A stretch of 64,000 bases of DNA from positions 24,738,001 through 24,802,000 of the forward strand of contig NC_047016.1 of the NCBI RefSeq assembly GCF_902652985.1. Reading direction: 5' to 3'. Below are positions 43,401 to 52,730 of the stretch, piece by piece. The stretch comes from Pecten maximus. Taxonomy: Eukaryota. The notes under the pieces are model-generated. The model was not told where the DNA came from, did not search any database, and saw nothing but the letters and a program-made list of their open reading frames with translations. The translations under genes were made by a program, and so were the position numbers. How positions within the stretch are numbered: position 1 is the first letter of the stretch; every line of letters begins with the position of its first letter.

Positions 43401-44498
43401 GGCAACATTATGATATATATGTGGGAGATTACTCCCTCTTTATGTTGAAAACCTACATAATACTCATTTTAACTTGATACTGACAACAAAACAATTACCA
43501 AAACTTGTATAATTATGTCGTTTAAGCTGGCAACAAAACATTCTTATCATGCAGCGTTATTATTTCAGAGTGATGCTGACGAAGCCGAAGTGAATACTGA
43601 TAACTTCCAGGTGGATGTGCTTGGTTTGATGTTTGTTATGCTATTTTGTTTGATGGTGTTGATCCAGTTCATTGGAATGATTGTACACAGATGGGGAACT
43701 TTCATACATTTGATAGCAATTACGAATGTACCGAATCCGTTTACGAAAAGTGTAAGTGAGACTGATGATGAAATGGAAAGTTCTAAACACGTCGCCGAAA
43801 AGGTACTAGAATTTTGTGAAAGATTAGACGCCGAGACAATTCCAGATTATGCAATGAATAGCGATGAAGAAAAAGAAGAGGAGGAACAGGTGAACCGTGC
43901 AATGGAGGAAGTTATAAATAACATTCAAGAAAAAGGAACGAAAAATATTCCTGGTTCTATGAATCCGCTTGGTAAGAGTATTAGACAATCGGAATTCGGT
44001 ACAACAAGCAGGGGAAGGACGGATAGAAAAAGTGATATGGTAAAATCGATTATCAGGCGTACAACTCGAACGGAAACCAACATCTTGGATTTGACTGAGA
44101 AACAGGAAACAGATAAAAGTACAGCAGCAAAACAAAATGTGTTAAATGATATCAAGCTAAACGTTCCGAAATTACGTTTCGGTGCGGGAGTGCCTCTACA
44201 AAAACATTTCATGATGGAAGTAAGAAACAGAAAGCTACCTAACACTCCTGGGGATTTTATGAAAATGGAACGTTTGAGTAATACTCTCACCAGAGGAGGA
44301 TACGATCATGACACTTTCATCGATCGCGAAGAAGATACTGATCCCATTTACGACACGATCCCAGCATTGTGTGCTATGGACAAAGCATTCTCTAAGAAAT
44401 TCAAGACATTCAGAAATCAGGAGAAACAGGAGAAATGGAAACGGGGATCAAGGCAAACCAATACACTTCGCGAATACAGTGATCATGACCTATACTAG
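5117..44498 (+). CDS. CHS: Myosin motor domain-containing chitin synthase (GT2), spliced gene of ~34 coding exons, ~2,490 aa
   Basis: Manual GT-AG splicing gives phase-consistent exons from [10 protein letters not shown]... to ...SDHDLY*, except across the N-gap in exon 21. Myosin P-loop, switch I, switch II, relay and SH1 motifs are followed in frame by chitin synthase motifs ([62 protein letters not shown]). Confidence 0.96.
6651..8838. repeat. 22-bp minisatellite (acaaaacacacaggtaaatga[t/c]), ~100 copies, in intron 1
   Basis: Direct tandem array; it explains all the Cys/Val/Phe-rich minus-strand ORFs here. Confidence 0.98.
11233..11760 (+). mobile_element. 5'-truncated non-LTR retrotransposon (LINE, CR1/L2-like) ORF2 C-terminus
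   Basis: [13 protein letters not shown] motif, HARLR, and [17 protein letters not shown] zinc knuckle ending at a stop. Confidence 0.8.
11786..11943. mobile_element. 158-bp MITE with 24-bp TIRs
   Basis: ctattccgatgccgatggcaaaag versus the reverse complement of cttctgctatcggcatcggaatag (22/24). Confidence 0.75.
12126..12191 (+). CDS. CHS: Myosin-CHS exon 2 ([22 protein letters not shown])
   Basis: [10 protein letters not shown] myosin motif; ttttcag acceptor, gtaaat donor. Confidence 0.93.
12724..12951 (+). CDS. CHS: Myosin-CHS exon 3, P-loop
   Basis: PHVF..A..AY and GESGSGKTE; aag acceptor, gtgagc donor. Confidence 0.93.
13199..13313 (+). CDS. CHS: Myosin-CHS exon 4, switch I
   Basis: [25 protein letters not shown]. 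Confidence 0.95.
13374..13417. repeat. (CT)n microsatellite
   Basis: Direct reading. Confidence 0.95.
13848..13995 (+). CDS. CHS: Myosin-CHS exon 5
   Basis: [22 protein letters not shown]. Confidence 0.95.
13996..15070. repeat. 39-bp minisatellite (gtatgtttaccgaatatacatgatagatagtatcaaaat), ~27 copies
   Basis: Tandem array beginning at the exon 5 donor GT. Confidence 0.97.
15246..15348 (+). CDS. CHS: Myosin-CHS exon 6
   Basis: tgcag acceptor and gtattt donor; phases match the neighbouring exons. Confidence 0.85.
15597..15717 (+). CDS. CHS: Myosin-CHS exon 7
   Basis: [16 protein letters not shown] myosin motif. Confidence 0.92.
15995..16066 (+). CDS. CHS: Myosin-CHS exon 8
   Basis: [25 protein letters not shown]; phase 1/1. 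Confidence 0.9.
16711..16840 (+). CDS. CHS: Myosin-CHS exon 9
   Basis: [21 protein letters not shown]. Confidence 0.94.
17106..17202. repeat. Degenerate (GAAT)n/(GAAC)n microsatellite
   Basis: Direct reading. Confidence 0.85.
17905..18142 (+). CDS. CHS: Myosin-CHS exon 10, switch II and relay helix
   Basis: [27 protein letters not shown]. Confidence 0.95.
18935..19099 (+). CDS. CHS: Myosin-CHS exon 11
   Basis: [11 protein letters not shown]...FGIKHFAGK. Confidence 0.94.
19375..19515. repeat. Degenerate ~24-bp tandem repeat (tgttctgttgaattagtg...), ~6 copies
   Basis: Recurrent ctgttgaattag core. Confidence 0.7.
20582..20931. mobile_element. Possible Kolobok-type MITE
   Basis: TTAA-AGCGAT ... 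ATCGCT-TTAA termini; short TIR only. Confidence 0.45.
21120..21262 (+). CDS. CHS: Myosin-CHS exon 12
   Basis: [16 protein letters not shown]...[10 protein letters not shown]. Confidence 0.92.
21561..21692 (+). CDS. CHS: Myosin-CHS exon 13 (loop-2 insert; 3' boundary uncertain)
   Basis: tttcag acceptor; open frame [19 protein letters not shown]...; phase-2 donor either GG|gttaac (21692) or AG|gcgtgt (21674). Confidence 0.7.
22077..22146 (+). CDS. CHS: Myosin-CHS exon 14
   Basis: [23 protein letters not shown] (TV...F motif after loop 2); an alternative in-frame acceptor would start the exon at 22071. Confidence 0.85.
22168..23015. repeat. 48-bp minisatellite (acaacagagagtaccgacataataacgaaaccataattctaactaaaa), ~17 copies
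   Basis: Tandem array starting ~20 nt after the exon 14 donor. Confidence 0.97.
23048..23398. repeat. 31-bp minisatellite (aaatcta[a/g]gtcacatcgac[a/g]acatc[t/c]gtcat), ~11 copies
   Basis: Tandem array adjacent to the 48-bp array. Confidence 0.95.
23750..23805 (+). CDS. CHS: Myosin-CHS exon 15
   Basis: [19 protein letters not shown], which joins CIKPN in the next exon. Confidence 0.92.
25615..25764 (+). CDS. CHS: Myosin-CHS exon 16, SH2/SH1 helices
   Basis: RCIKPN...[26 protein letters not shown]. Confidence 0.94.
26590..26710 (+). CDS. CHS: Myosin-CHS exon 17, converter
   Basis: RYRPL...VRFGKNR (equivalent of the G.TKVF motif). Confidence 0.9.
26721..27185. mobile_element. ~465-bp MITE with 18-bp TIRs
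   Basis: ggaacaaccaaccaattg (26722-26739) versus caattggttggttggtcc (27167-27184), 17/18; TTAA on the left side. Confidence 0.75.
27728..27889 (+). CDS. CHS: Myosin-CHS exon 18, neck with IQ-like motif
   Basis: LFMKE...[18 protein letters not shown]. Confidence 0.9.
28322..28500 (+). mobile_element. Degenerate tRNA-derived V-SINE
   Basis: A/B-box-like head followed by gtgggtttcccgcgagtactccattttccgcccac, resembling the V-domain core. Confidence 0.65.
28652..29058 (+). CDS. CHS: Myosin-CHS exon 19, low-complexity linker
   Basis: Open frame between ttgacag and GA|gtttgt; joins in phase to EFWDIF. Confidence 0.87.
29485..30240. repeat. 47-48-bp minisatellite with alternating variants, ~16 copies
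   Basis: Recurring gatctaca.ccatcgtacgtgtgagaac core. Confidence 0.93.
31669..31840 (+). CDS. CHS: Myosin-CHS exon 20, start of chitin synthase N-terminal TM region
   Basis: FWDIF...[24 protein letters not shown]. Confidence 0.92.
31915..32310. repeat. 37-bp minisatellite (ttactatgtctattatttcaccagataccatgt...), ~10 copies with 4-mer higher order
   Basis: caccagata every 37 bp; the variant pattern repeats every 148 bp. Confidence 0.93.
32659..32815. other. Assembly gap (157 N)
   Basis: N run. Confidence 1.
33088..33347 (+). CDS. CHS: Myosin-CHS exon 21 (interrupted by N-gap; 5' boundary uncertain)
   Basis: tctgcag just before the gap; after the gap [27 protein letters not shown]...LII then gtaagt. 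Confidence 0.7.
33091..33228. other. Assembly gap (138 N) inside a coding exon
   Basis: N run. Confidence 1.
33549..34465 (+). CDS. CHS: Myosin-CHS exon 22, multi-TM region
   Basis: 305-codon hydrophobic frame with SFSYWENFV and [15 protein letters not shown] motifs. Confidence 0.95.
35137..35253 (+). CDS. CHS: Myosin-CHS exon 23
   Basis: [22 protein letters not shown]. Confidence 0.93.
35730..35858 (+). CDS. CHS: Myosin-CHS exon 24, start of catalytic domain
   Basis: [22 protein letters not shown]. Confidence 0.93.
36092..36177 (+). CDS. CHS: Myosin-CHS exon 25
   Basis: RMDKDQ...HYYEYE; gtgagt donor. Confidence 0.92.
36426..36575. mobile_element. Degenerate palindromic non-autonomous element
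   Basis: tatttcttgaactcccgttagtt versus aattaacgagagtgaaagaaata inverted arms. Confidence 0.5.
37188..37290 (+). CDS. CHS: Myosin-CHS exon 26
   Basis: PHIFFDDAF. Confidence 0.94.
37735..37888 (+). CDS. CHS: Myosin-CHS exon 27
   Basis: TPYGGQL...[16 protein letters not shown]. Confidence 0.95.
38400..38585 (+). CDS. CHS: Myosin-CHS exon 28
   Basis: [11 protein letters not shown]. Confidence 0.94.
38973..39108 (+). CDS. CHS: Myosin-CHS exon 29, DxD motif
   Basis: [11 protein letters not shown]...[10 protein letters not shown]. Confidence 0.95.
39252..39452 (+). CDS. CHS: Myosin-CHS exon 30
   Basis: [35 protein letters not shown]. Confidence 0.96.
40444..40671 (+). CDS. CHS: Myosin-CHS exon 31, catalytic EDR and QRRRW
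   Basis: [14 protein letters not shown]...[11 protein letters not shown]. Confidence 0.97.
40795..40870. mobile_element. Short palindromic element
   Basis: tttacccgatggtatcatatttc versus aaaagtatgataccaaagggttaa around a cccgagggcttgtccgag centre. Confidence 0.5.
41510..42473 (+). CDS. CHS: Myosin-CHS exon 32, TM helices, WGTRE and coiled coil
   Basis: IHPHEF...[11 protein letters not shown]...[11 protein letters not shown]. Confidence 0.95.
42842..43013 (+). CDS. CHS: Myosin-CHS exon 33 (alternative donor at 43043)
   Basis: YLYPL...[28 protein letters not shown]. Confidence 0.88.
43569..44498 (+). CDS. CHS: Myosin-CHS terminal exon 34, last TM and long cytoplasmic tail
   Basis: QVDVLGLMF...[19 protein letters not shown]; TAG at 44496-44498. 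Confidence 0.94.
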   Translation, partial: SDADEAEVNTDNFQVDVLGLMFVMLFCLMVLIQFIGMIVHRWGTFIHLIAITNVPNPFTKSVSETDDEMESSKHVAEKVLEFCERLDAETIPDYAMNSDEEKEEEEQVNRAMEEVINNIQEKGTKNIPGSMNPLGKSIRQSEFGTTSRGRTDRKSDMVKSIIRRTTRTETNILDLTEKQETDKSTAAKQNVLNDIKLNVPKLRFGAGVPLQKHFMMEVRNRKLPNTPGDFMKMERLSNTLTRGGYDHDTFIDREEDTDPIYDTIPALCAMDKAFSKKFKTFRNQEKQEKWKRGSRQTNTLREYSDHDLY

Positions 44499-47494
44499 AA
44501 GTTAGATAGTATGTGGAAATGGAATATTACAATAATCAACGTGTATATAATGAAACATGGATAAAAACATTGCAAACATAGCAACGATCATGCATTTCTG
44601 TTCACTCGAAAGTGATACATGTATCAATAACTAGTGGTATTGTAGTTAAAAGAATAATATTGCAGTTGGTTATCTAAGCATTGTAGCTGTATGTCGAATT
44701 GTGCAGTTGCAATAATGTTGACGATCGCACGGTCTCTGTCGGTTAAGTATATATGTCCGAGTCAGTCATGCATAGTCCACTTGTTTATAATATTGATAAT
44801 GGGTTGTTTGATGATAAAGGCTCAACATCTTTTATTTAAGACAGTCTATGCACAAGCCGACATGTCAAAAGAAATCAGTGAACGTAACTGCTACCATTCC
44901 ATTCCATTAAAAAAAATATTAGACAAGCAATTATCTATAGAAGGCGTGACAGCGATATTATATCCCCCATTTTCACCACGCATATCAAATTAATAATCTT
45001 ATATAAATGGCATACTTCAATATAAGAACCCCTAACTAATGGCAGTTATGACATTTCTCAATCCCAAATATAGGTGAAAAATTATTTGAAGTATATATTG
45101 ACATTCCTGTATATTTATCATATGCTTAGTCCGTTATCTTATTTCCCTATATTAAGTGGAAGGCTGAATGTGTAACACATGCTCTACACCATAATCTATT
45201 ACTGGTAGTGTATCATGCATTTGGTACATTGTTTGAAAGTGCTTCATTCAGTTTGTTCATTAATATGTAGCTCTGTATAGTTATCAATTATAAATATTCA
45301 TTCCAAACTTAACGCTATGTATTTGTTTCAATTTGATGATGGGATATTATTTATTACGCGATTATAATGTAGTAAAAATAAATATGCAATGTGCATTTAC
45401 TATTAAAAAAAATTCACTAACTTTAAATATTAGCTTTTGAAAAATGTCGATACCAGCATGTATGTATTACGCGGTAGAAAATTCACTGCAAAAAGAACAT
45501 TCGTCACGAGGTTATCACCCCTTACTTGTATAGTGTTAGTAACTTTGGTGGCCATGACGTAAACAATATCCAGAAATAAACGAAAAAATGTTGATTAACA
45601 TTCTATTGTTTACGAAATTTGTGACAGGACACAATGACTTCTAAGCATATTTATCTTGAAATGTACTTAATACTCATATTAAGTATTTGATGCATTTGCT
45701 TTACTTATTGTTTACGTATGATTATATCCGAGCCAGACGTACTACTCTGTGTCGATATAATGTGATTTATAATCTAATCAGCATTGCTTTATATAACTAA
45801 AGCTGATAAATTTTCCGAATGTGTCCGTAGTGGATATTATGATGATTTAATCATTTATGTTAATTGATGTACATGATATAGAGTGAAATAGATAATTATG
45901 TGAACGTAAAAGACACTATAGCAGATTATACACATTTAGATATATTTCAAGCAAAGTACATTGGACGAATCTCCTGCGATGCCCAAATATCTCAATTTGT
46001 GCTGTCAAAATGCAGGAAATTACACCACAGGGCAGTCGATTATCGCATTATTTTATTATTATGTACCTTGTCATACGCATATCATATAGTTATACTTTTA
46101 CATACTCTCCAAAGAAAACAATACTTTTATAGCAGTTAACATAGTGAATACATAGAGTAAGTATACATGACAGGTGCTATACCTGTCATAATGTTATTAA
46201 GAAAAAGGAAATGAGTGTTAGAAATATTTGATTTTTATCGCTTCATAACTGTTATGGCTTATAAAGATATTCACATTTAAAATGTAATCCTCGTTGTTTT
46301 TTTTATTAGACTCAACACCCTTTACCCTTTTCTTGTTCCTGTTTTAGGATATGCGTCCGCTACATTAGGGAAAAAATCGTCACAACAGTTATAGTTAGAG
46401 GAATTATATGATGATATGAACTAATTACAAAGGGGGATAATTTATTAATCAACTGTTCATCTCATATTGTGTTTCCAAAAAATAATTATACTATAACAAA
46501 TCAAATAGATATTAGTAGATTTGGGTTAGGTTACCTGGAGTCATGCGCTCCCAGATGATACATTTTATTGTAAGGGCCGCTGTATTAAGAATTTAAATTT
46601 CGCAATTCAGATGATAGTTAAATACATCTTTACTATAACAATGTATATTTAAAATACAAAAAATAGCCCATTTCCTCCTTGATATCAATAGAAGCCGGAA
46701 AAAAATTGACTTGATATTAGAAACAGGGCTTTTCGGGACAACTTCAATCAAATAGAACGATACTGTCTAATACTACTTATACATGAAATATTTGATAATT
46801 GGGGCATATAGGTACAGATTATCTCACAGAAATTATGTATAAAGATGGAACAATATGTACCGCCTGTGTAAAATAAAACTACCATAATATGAGATATAAT
46901 TTGTTACCTTTTTCAACACTGTACATACTCTTTACTTTTGCCCAAGACTTCTGCGTTTTGCTGCAGACAACAGAACAGAACCAAATAACAAATCGGCTAT
47001 CAAACAGTGAATATACCTCCTCTGAGGATGGACGTATTATAATACTACTAGGTGTTACCTGATTATTGTGTTATGACCATTGGTCATCTGTTTTATACCA
47101 CAATGTGTTATTGCATAATGATTGCATTTGTAAATAAACTAGCCTGAAATTAATGTAAAATATACTCACGACTTAGTTAACATTATCTCAATGATTACTA
47201 CTTGGGGATAAACCTCATTTTTGCATGTCACGATACATGTAGATTTTTAACGATTTCATTATCCAACTACAATGTATGTTTAAGCTGCCACTCTAAATCT
47301 ATAACATATTATGGGTTAATTTTGTATAGCAAAATATATTTCCTTTGTTGTATGTTACAAATAGAACACATTTAAAAAAAATTACGTCAGGATTATAATG
47401 TATTGTTTGTAGCTTGTATGTGACAACCAATTATGCTTATTAGGTATTTGTATTAAGTTGTTTAAGATCAAGACACGGTATAGTTTTCATCAAA

Positions 47495-49241
47495 TCACAA
47501 CCTTTTTGTACTCTGAACATATAACACTTAGTGTACCATGCTAAAACTTATTAAAAGATTGCCAATAAAAAATGTTGTTTTCTTTGATCTAACAACAATT
47601 ACCAAAGAAAGAAATTTTCCCTGGGGTGAACAATTTAGCTGTTCCCGACGATCTTATCAGCAAACAAATGTTCTCCCTGATTGGTATGTTATGGTGATAG
47701 GTTGACATAAGTGTCTGTGAAGCTTGTTCCTATTTCCATTATCGTCTTGTTATTGTATATTAAATATGCTTCAAATGAAAAATAAAAGAAATTTTTAAAC
47801 TATAAAACATACGTTTATTACGGTGGGATAGTGTCACCGGAAGGAAACTTGGCGAGTGGCATTCATTTGTATTTCATTAGTCATTATCGTGATTATCAAT
47901 TAAGATTAAGATCACAATTATTCAGCTGTACCTAAAATAGTTTCGGTAGACCAGTAGGTCGTCCCAAGTATTTTCATAGAGTCTCTTCAATAGGAAAATC
48001 AAAAATGATTCATTCAATGCGGCAAGTTATCCGAATTCATGTAGGAAAAAAAGGTTGCATTTTGAAACGACTTTATTTACTATGTATGTTGTCGGGTCAC
48101 AACCAATCAAAATAAGGTGACGCAATATGCGGCCTTGGGAGTTTTTTTCAGAATACCTGACACTTTCAATAACAATACATACTGGCATCTAAACGTAGCG
48201 ACAACTCTAACTCACAATCGACAAATTTGGGGCTAAATACAAATAAAATGTAGATCTTTACAGAAGACATTTGAGAAGTACAAGAGGAAAGAGACCAAGG
48301 CGTCAAAGGCCAAGCATCTTCTGCCTCATCAACAACACCACGCAAATTCGTCATTTCACTGTATCTATCACGGGGCTGTGTTTATCCTTGAATATTAAAT
48401 CAGCTGGGACATGTAAACGCCGACACTCTTTAACGTTTTCCTTGTGTGTGTGGGCGGGTGGGTGTGCGTGTGTGCGTGTGCGTGTGTGTGCAAGCGTTCG
48501 TGGGCTTGCATGCGGGTGTGCGTGCATTCGTGCTTGAATGCGTAATCGTACGTGCGTGTGTGCACGTGTGCGTGTGTATGTAATTGAACAAGGGTAAATT
48601 TAAATATATGTATACCTCTCACAACCTGTCTGTACTTTGAACATATATCACTTAGTGTACCAGGCTCAATCTTATTAAAAAATTGCCATTAAAACCAGTT
48701 TTGCTGTTGTTTTTTTTTTTTTCTTTCAACAATTACAAAGAAAGAATTTCCCCTGGAGTGAACAATTTAACTGTTCTTAACGATCTTATCAGCATAAAAA
48801 AGTTATCCCTGATTGGTATGTTACGGTGATAGGTTGACATAAGTGTCCGTGACACTTGTTCCTATTTCCATTATCGTCTTGTTTATTGTATGTATATTAG
48901 ATATGTTTGGAATGAAAAATAAAATAAAGTTTAAACTATAAAACATACGGTTATTACGGTGGGATTGTGTCAATAAAAGGAAATTTGGCGAGGACTAGGA
49001 GTGGCATTCATTTGTATTCCATGTAACTCCTGAAGTCATTATCGTGATTATTAATTATCAATATACTAGTTCCCCGTACACGTTGTTATTTTTCATGTTT
49101 TCCCTGCCATGTTAGGAATGGATGATGATATATGCCATTAGCTTTTTGGTGATGTTTATAGTAATGATTTGTACGAGCATTTTATTAGTATTGCTCTTAT
49201 TTTAAGGTGCAAATAAGATCACAATTAGTCAGCTGTACCTA
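47495..49241. repeat. Diverged local direct duplication (47495-47934 and 48619-49241)
   Basis: Colinear similarity; the second copy carries a ~155-bp extra segment; a (GT/GC)n tract at 48443-48580 lies between the copies. Confidence 0.9.
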
Positions 49242-50843
49242 TTCAGGTCAAAAGGTCTTCCCAAAATGATTTTAGTATGGCTGCACTTGTTAACAAATGA
49301 ATTTGTTTCTGTCGAAATCGGCATGCGTAGAGTTGGGGAAAATATCAGAGAATGTTATATATAATGGGGTCGACATATTGCAGAATGAATGAGAAACATT
49401 TGGGTTTTCAGTGTATTTCGAGCATGTTTCTGATTTAACTTTTTGTAGTAGAATTCTTCAGATTAAGGTTCCCATTAATGTGTAATGATTCACCATTCAC
49501 TAAGTAATCGTGTCTTTTTCATGGTCTGATATAAATGATGAAGAGCGACCTTTTCGGCTTGTTTTCGAAAGTTTATTTGCCACAGATTTAAAATATCTAT
49601 TAATTTAAGTGATACAGACAGATTATCTGTTGAGCGTCTCTGTTCTTGCCTAATATCACAACACTATTTTTGACATCCTTTATACAATTTAAAATGATCT
49701 TGCCACTCAAGTATTATTAGAAACCAAATACGTTATAAATATATGATTCCGGAAGACTTTGATACACACGTTTACCCAGAAAACGGCCGGATACGGATAG
49801 TCTTTTTGTACATCAGTCTTTTTTTCTAGGAGGATGAATAATGTTTCTAGTAGGCGTTTCTTAAAAAGCAAATTACTGTTGTTTTATACATTTTGAAAAA
49901 TGACTTATATTTGAAACTCCTTTCTAATCCTTTAAATAAAATACAACGGGTGCATTTATATAAAACATATCTTTGAATGGAGCCCTTTGAAAAAGCACAA
50001 GGCTAATAAGGCCACGTCCCCCTTTAAAGCAAACACGTTTTGCTTTATCGACAACTATACCGCCTTATAGGTCAAATACGGGTTTTAAACACGCATGATT
50101 TCATACCGCAAAATGAAATTTAAAATTTCCAAGTGGGATTCAGATGTTGACCATAGGACCCAAAGTCCTCATCAATCGATATCTTTCGAAACTTCATGCT
50201 GCTTATTCTTGTCAGTAGTAGGCACCTGTCACGGTTATCCTGATAAACAATTCCTAGATAATCGAAGCAGTGATATCACTACCTAGAAATAGAAAGTTAA
50301 CTTCAATCGGAAATTAAATCATCACGCTTATTATAAAGCTCCGTAGTACACTCTCTCTCTGCTAGCTAGATGGTAAGTAAAGATCGAGGAATGCGGTTGA
50401 CATCAAAATGCTATTCTCAAATTCTTTACATGAAGCATGTTTTGTTGTCATAAAACACTATGGCTATTGCATTCAAAATAGGTATACCTTTTAACTTTTG
50501 GCAACTTAAGTTGTTTTTTTTTTCTTCCAAATGCGCTCCTTTTTTCCCCTGGTTAAATACTTACATTGATGAAGAACAATAAGATATCCGACTGACTTGT
50601 TATTTCTTACAAAAGGAAATTCGGAATTTGAAAATATAACATCAATATATGTTTCGATATAATACAAATTTATACGTTCAGAAGTCTTGACTATACACTA
50701 CATTTCACCAGTTTAGTATGTCTCCCCATATTCTGAAGATGTTTTTTTTTTAATTTTAAGTTGTTTTATTTTAAACTACACACAAACATTATGATGCGAA
50801 AGCGTACAGAAAAGCAAAACAAGGTCACATTAACATACTTAGT

Positions 50844-52057
50844 TTACCGTTTAAATATACCTCTGACCAGTTGCCTGTATCTCGTACCTCTTGCAACAAA
50901 CATCACCGAGTTTACAACTGAATTAACCAGTTCCATGTAATACATCAATCCTTTACAAAAATCGATTGATACAAATGAAAGTGTTGTCATTGAGTTGTCG
51001 ATAAATGCGGTGCTGAGAGATTTCCCCGGGATGTAAAAACAGACTGTAGTCAACGCCATCATCAAGAAGGTGACTGTACTCCTGGACTGGTATGCAGAAA
51101 GCCTTCGCTGGTTATTAGGGGTGTGTATTGCAGGACGAATAACTGGTGGATCCTTGCTTGAAGAGCTGGATAAAGTGGATTCCTCTGCATCCAACGGTGC
51201 TCCTTTCGCCATTTTAGTGAATACATCAGGGGTATTTGTAACAAACTGACTTTGGTTATCTGGGCGACCTCCTATGTTTGTGTCAGTAGATGTGCTGACA
51301 TATACCTTATTTTTCTGTTCAGTTTTAACTTTGCACGATAGCCTGTTCCCCTTCTTTATGGCATAAACATGCCCCCGTAACATCACCACAACCACTAAAC
51401 CCAAAGTGCATATAATAAAATCGGGCAGGAATTCGAACGCCATAATGAACAATGTGTGAGCTACATTAGAATATGCATTTTCTAAGAAGATAACGTCCAC
51501 GGCAGTCATTGATGTGTCGTTAGGGTTGATGGAATACGATATATATATTGCCTTCGGTATCCCAATTAGCACTATCAGTCCAAAACTGGATATAATCATA
51601 ATGATCAGGCGTCCTTTCGTCTAAAGATGTCTTAGTTTTGTTGGAAAGCAGATAGCGATAAATCTTTCCATAGACATAATTGCCAGTAACGTTTTAGAAA
51701 AGAAAAGTAGCAAATAATGTACATACCCAATAAAACCCTGGCATCATGATTGGGTAAAGTCCGTCCATTACCTCCCTGTGAACACAAATCTGACGCTGTC
51801 AAGACGAATAATGTGATTGTGGTGGTGTCCCATTTACCAACCATTCTCAGAGCGTGCATTAAAATACCGTTCGCTACAATACTCAATAGTGCCGTTGAAG
51901 GTACTACGCCAAAATACAGAACCTTCCAATAAAAAAGAAAACCCGACGACATACTGACAACGGTTGAAGTTATGATACGCTAAGAGATTGGTAGGCTTTC
52001 CGATAACTCTACTACTTTTTTCAATTCGGATGGGTTATTATAACCCTGTACATTCAT
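50844..52057 (-). pseudogene. Intronless rhodopsin-like (class A) GPCR, disrupted
   Basis: TM1 ANG, TM2 LTASDL, TM3 CQGFIG...AIMSMERFIAICFP, TM6 CFYIP, TM7 NSVVNSVMF and helix-8 RYRQ. In-frame TAG at 51621-51623, frameshift(s) at ~51740-51780, and another TAG at 51980-51982 after an upstream in-frame ATG at 52057. Confidence 0.85.
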
Positions 52058-52730
52058 CAATGCGATATTCCGTCCGAGATAATTCGTAGCATAATGAATA
52101 ATCGGTTAAACAAAGGCTAATGATCTCCTAGGAATCTTATTGTCCATGTTCATGTTCATATTTCCCGAAGTCATTTACTTTACCTCGCTACTTTCGAGCG
52201 ATTCGTAATTGTATTCGTTTATGCAAGCTCGATGCGCGAACGTGTGTACTGTGCCTAATTAATCTTAGGAGAGTACACTACCTTTATCATCTCTCATATG
52301 ATGTTTGATTTTGTATGGCCATATCACAAATGTCCTGGTTGATAATTTTTTTCAAATGACTTGTGCATCATGTATTCTCATTGCCGCTGAAGCAGTGCAT
52401 AATTTACATATAGGCCATATCATTTTCTTTTCCCATTTCTTTTAGACTAAACAATAAATCACATGTTTATGCTCAGATCATCATAAAACTCGGATAAGTC
52501 GAAGTCGACGGAACTGAGTTAAATAATCGACTTATTCGGTGGTTCGACTTAACCCTGTTTCTATGTATCGACATACAATGACATAAATTACCAGTTTCGA
52601 TAGGTCTACCGTATACATGCTCGATACCATGGTAAGATAAGCAATACATTGATACATTAATTATTTTGTACCCTAAAAATAATTTTTGAATAAAATAAAG
52701 ATTGTAGGTTAATTTGCACAGAATAGATAA

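Noticed and set aside
41649-44505. Alternative-frame and antisense ORFs over exons 32 and 34
   Set aside because: Shadow ORFs of the genuine coding frames
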